Shown here one piece after another: positions 60,989 through 64,000 of a stretch of 64,000 bases of DNA; positions within the stretch are counted from its first letter, which is position 1, and every line of letters starts with the position of its first letter. The DNA lies in NCBI GenBank assembly GCA_964583795.1, contig CAZOWX010000005.1, positions 861-64,860 of the forward strand, read 5' to 3'. The position numbers and the translations under genes were made by a program. The notes under the pieces were generated by a model, which saw nothing but the letters and a program-made list of their open reading frames with translations, made no database searches and had not been told where the DNA came from. The DNA comes from an uncultured Pseudomonadales bacterium (GTDB lineage: Bacteria; Patescibacteriota; Microgenomatia; UBA1400; PJMF01).

Positions 60989-61459
60989 ATGAACTCATTT
61001 GATACTCTTTCAGAAGCAAATATGGTTGATCAGGGGATTATTCCCCATACTGAGATGCAAGATTTAGAGGAAAACTATCAAGAATTTTTGAATAACCTCG
61101 ATGATCTGAAAAGAAAAATTCAGCACTTTATAACCGAATGTCAACGGCCACCACAACAGACACCTCCTTCCGTTGTGGAAAATCTGGATCCAATTACAAG
61201 TGAAATAAGTTCAATTATTATGGACACAAATCTCCAAACGGACTTAACACATACTGTTATAGAGCAAATTCAAAATGTCCTCAATACTTTTGAAAATGCA
61301 ATAACAACTATTAAGAATGATATTAATGCTAGAAGGGAATCTGTCGATGATTTGAATACACGAGCCTATTTAAATATTGTATCGAATGCACTATCTTATT
61401 TAGAGCACAACAGCGAGGTATTGGCTATTAGAAATTATTTAAAGTCTTTACCTTACTAA
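60989..61459 (+). CDS. AT-rich helical hypothetical protein
   Basis: 156 aa after AAGGA; coiled-coil-like. Confidence 0.55.
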   Translation: MNSFDTLSEANMVDQGIIPHTEMQDLEENYQEFLNNLDDLKRKIQHFITECQRPPQQTPPSVVENLDPITSEISSIIMDTNLQTDLTHTVIEQIQNVLNTFENAITTIKNDINARRESVDDLNTRAYLNIVSNALSYLEHNSEVLAIRNYLKSLPY

Positions 61460-61525
61460 TTTTATTCATTCTCAATTCTTTTTCACAAAAAAACGTAGTA
61501 TTCGTTTCAAAATGTTTTATTGTGA

Positions 61526-61645
61526 CAATTTCTCATCAAGCATCATCGAGAAAGTGTTGAGACACATCTCAAGCAAAATGAGCGTCTCCTCCCTAAAATC
61601 GCAATCCGAGAGACGAAAAATAAGTTGAGGACAGGGAGGAAGTAA
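61526..61645 (+). pseudogene. C-terminal remnant of a DNA alkylation repair (AlkD-like) protein
   Basis: KHHRESVETHLKQNERLLPKIAIRETKNKLRTGRK*; no start, in-frame TGA immediately upstream. Confidence 0.5.
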
Positions 61646-61740
61646 AATATTCCAAATTAGAGTAAGCTAACCTCCAAAGTTTTTCCCTTCAATCAGATAA
61701 GATTTTTTGTTGAAAAACCGACTCGACATTCAAACCGGGT

Positions 61741-62155
61741 TCGTCATCCTGAACTTGTTTCAGGATCTGTGATCAGATAATCTTCATGTCACTTTCTTGT
61801 CATTTTCTTTTTGTATTATCTCCTCATGAAGCAAGGATACGTTTACATTATGGGAAGTATTTCGCTGGTGCTTTACATCGGAGTTACGTCAGAGCTAAAT
61901 GGGAGAGTTTGGGAACACAAAAATGATGTTTATGAAGGATTTACAAAAAAGTATCAATGCCACAAACTCTTGTATTTTGAAGTACACGATAAGATAGAAG
62001 ACGCAATTGCCAGAGAAAAACAACTCAAGAATTGGCATCGGAAATGGAAATTGAATTTAATAAAAAGAAAGAATCTGAAGTTTCAAGACCTTTATGATCA
62101 ACTGTTTTAGTGAATCGTTTTGACTACAGATCCTGAAACAAGTTCAGGATGACGA
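61741..62155. mobile_element. GIY-YIG gene bracketed by perfect 30-bp inverted palindromic repeats
   Basis: tcgtcatcctgaacttgtttcaggatctgt (61741-70) and its exact reverse complement (62126-55). Confidence 0.75.
61826..62110 (+). CDS. GIY-YIG nuclease family protein
   Basis: YVYIM..LYIGVT..RVWEHK..FTKKY..AIAREKQLKNW. Confidence 0.93.
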   Translation: MKQGYVYIMGSISLVLYIGVTSELNGRVWEHKNDVYEGFTKKYQCHKLLYFEVHDKIEDAIAREKQLKNWHRKWKLNLIKRKNLKFQDLYDQLF

Positions 62156-62353
62156 CTTTTAGATATTTTGCTCTCGACACACAAAAGCTTTCATAATGGG
62201 AGATTATCGGATCACGAACCTTTAAGTTAAATTTGCAACCTACCAGTTTTATGCACGATGGAAACGAATTTTTTTCTACATAAAATATTTAATTTTCGAC
62301 CAAGACGCAGAGAGGAAACCAAAACGCTAACCAAAGACACAGTCCTCATCCAC

Positions 62354-63133
62354 TCACTTTACCTTCATCTCCTCTGCTACATACTCCCACAGAAACTCAA
62401 AAATCTGCTTGTACGAGTTCACCAGCAGCGCATCGCGAATCTCAATACCATACTGATCCTTATCAGTGTGTAAACTGCATACCGTGAGCACATCATCGTA
62501 AATCAGGGTTAATCGATCAAAGCGAATTTTTTTCTCATCCAAAGATTTCGCTTGCACATGGTTTTCCAAAAAGTGAGGAATATCCGACCATATCAATGGC
62601 TTTGGTTGATTAAAAATGATCCGATTATGCATATTTTGCCTCATAAACTCTGCGCGCCAACGCTCAGCATACAATCGGTCGGAAACATCCTCCAATTGTC
62701 CTGGACTAAAACCAATGACCTCATCAGCTTTTGACAACACAATATTCCATAGTAACTGCTTCACTCCTTGTTTCCCTTTGTAGATATTGATCGTTTGTTT
62801 GGGTGCTTGAGCCTGCCCCAACTGTTTGACTGTTAATGCAAACTCCGACAAATTGGATACGAGATACTGCAATTTATTTTTTTCCTCTTCAAATCGGAAC
62901 TTGAGCACATGTGGATCGGTGATCTTGTATTGGGTTGATTTCCCAACTTTTTTGGAAATCACAAACCCTAAGCCAATCATGCGCTCAAGCTCAAGGTAGA
63001 TGGAACTTCGCGGTTCATTGACCCGTTTGTGGACTTGCACCACCGTCGAATCGGGATGACCAGCCAGATCAAGATATAGCGTAATTTGTTTTTGTGTGAG
63101 ACCAAGGGTGGAGAGATACCGATTTTCTGTCAT
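62354..63133 (-). CDS. TrmB-like HTH transcriptional regulator
   Basis: LGLTQKQITLYL..RSSIY.ELERM..GFV; IYKGKQGVKQ; IYDD. Confidence 0.85.
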   Translation of the reverse strand: MTENRYLSTLGLTQKQITLYLDLAGHPDSTVVQVHKRVNEPRSSIYLELERMIGLGFVISKKVGKSTQYKITDPHVLKFRFEEEKNKLQYLVSNLSEFALTVKQLGQAQAPKQTINIYKGKQGVKQLLWNIVLSKADEVIGFSPGQLEDVSDRLYAERWRAEFMRQNMHNRIIFNQPKPLIWSDIPHFLENHVQAKSLDEKKIRFDRLTLIYDDVLTVCSLHTDKDQYGIEIRDALLVNSYKQIFEFLWEYVAEEMKVK

Positions 63134-63154
63134 AAACTGTCAATAATTATGACA
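63128..63154. promoter_or_regulatory. Inverted repeat, candidate operator between divergent genes
   Basis: tgtcataa-11 nt-ttatgaca overlapping the regulator start codon. Confidence 0.5.
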
Positions 63155-63207
63155 TCAGTTTGTCACGGCGTCAAGCCAAGCATAAAATCCTTTAAAAAGG
63201 AGTTATT

Positions 63208-64000
63208 ATGCCAAAGATTGTGGTCACCCACCCCATGGGACTATCAACTCAACAACAAAAACGACTAGAAAAGTTTGGTACTGTCACCTACCTTGACACC
63301 CCACCAAAAAATGGCCAAGATTGGGTCGAGCGGTGCCAAGGTTTTGATATTGTGTGCTCGTGGATGTCTGGGTTAAGAGAGAACTATGGACAACTGAAAA
63401 ATACTTTTATTTCTGTCCCGTTTGTAGGCGTCAGCAGCTTTGCTGATCCCAAAATCGTCAAACAAAATAAACTCATTATTTGTAACAGTCCCGGCTGTAA
63501 TCGCCATGCAGTATCAGAGTGGATTAGCTATATGATGCTCACATCAATGCGACGACTTGATAAGTTTCTCAATACCAACGAGTCGCTCTCCTTCCCATTA
63601 CCCTACTCACCACTGGGACTCGCTGGAAAACGTGTGACCATTTTAGGCAAAGGAAATATTGGTAAAAGAGTTGGTAAGATCTGCAAAGCCTTTGAGATGA
63701 AAGTGAGTTTTTTTGAACGTGGGGATGATTTGCTGCAAAAAATTACAAATGCTGACATCATCGTCGATGTTTTAAGTGCCAATGCCAGTTCCAAAAATTT
63801 ACTCAACAAAACATTTTTTCATGCCGTCAAAACTGGTGCAACATTCATCTCAGTGACGGTTGATTCAATCGTAGATATTGATGCAATGATTGCAGCGCTT
63901 GATCGTAATCAACTTTCTTATGTTGCTCATGATGTGATGAATGCTCCACCAGCCGACACTAAAAACTCACTCTATCAACGTTTTCGCACTCACCCGCGAA
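63208..64000 (+). CDS. D-isomer-specific 2-hydroxyacid dehydrogenase family (partial; absent from the ORF track)
   Basis: Manual translation MPKIVVTH..NSPGCNRHAVSE..LAGKRVTILGKGNIGKRV..ADII..AHDV; AAGGAG RBS; open to the edge. Confidence 0.9.
   Translation, partial: MPKIVVTHPMGLSTQQQKRLEKFGTVTYLDTPPKNGQDWVERCQGFDIVCSWMSGLRENYGQLKNTFISVPFVGVSSFADPKIVKQNKLIICNSPGCNRHAVSEWISYMMLTSMRRLDKFLNTNESLSFPLPYSPLGLAGKRVTILGKGNIGKRVGKICKAFEMKVSFFERGDDLLQKITNADIIVDVLSANASSKNLLNKTFFHAVKTGATFISVTVDSIVDIDAMIAALDRNQLSYVAHDVMNAPPADTKNSLYQRFRTHPR

Noticed and set aside
48506-62238. Recurring gttaaa(a/t)ttgcaa near 48506, 56558 and 62225
   Set aside because: Short and AT-rich; could be chance or -35 boxes
900-63809. 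Numerous short ORFs in the track overlapping long genes
   Set aside because: Antisense or alternate-frame shadows of well-supported CDSs with no recognisable motifs

Overview
Gene-dense, AT-rich bacterial window in standard code 11. Gene content (Thr/Ser-rich surface proteins, type IV pilin cluster, TrmB-like regulator, many promoter-abutting start codons) suggests a Patescibacteria/CPR genome, probably Microgenomates; this is inference. Layout: 0-13.7 kb cell-surface cluster (large modular secreted proteins, FN3/WxL-like protein, two DUF916/WxLIP-like membrane proteins); 13.9-19.8 kb cyclase, cupin, purA, purB, MGMT; tRNA-Asn(GTT) at 20181 followed by a run of accessory genes separated by related, tRNA-3'-end-like palindromic junction elements with no recombinase nearby (the strongest candidate for an undescribed system); an attenuator-type leader before archaeal-type PEP carboxylase and an aspartate aminotransferase; a type IV pilus operon; an RND pump; then single accessory genes including a PIF1-like helicase and a GIY-YIG nuclease, each bracketed by GTCATCCT-type palindromic repeats. 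All family calls come from motif recognition by eye, not from database searches.
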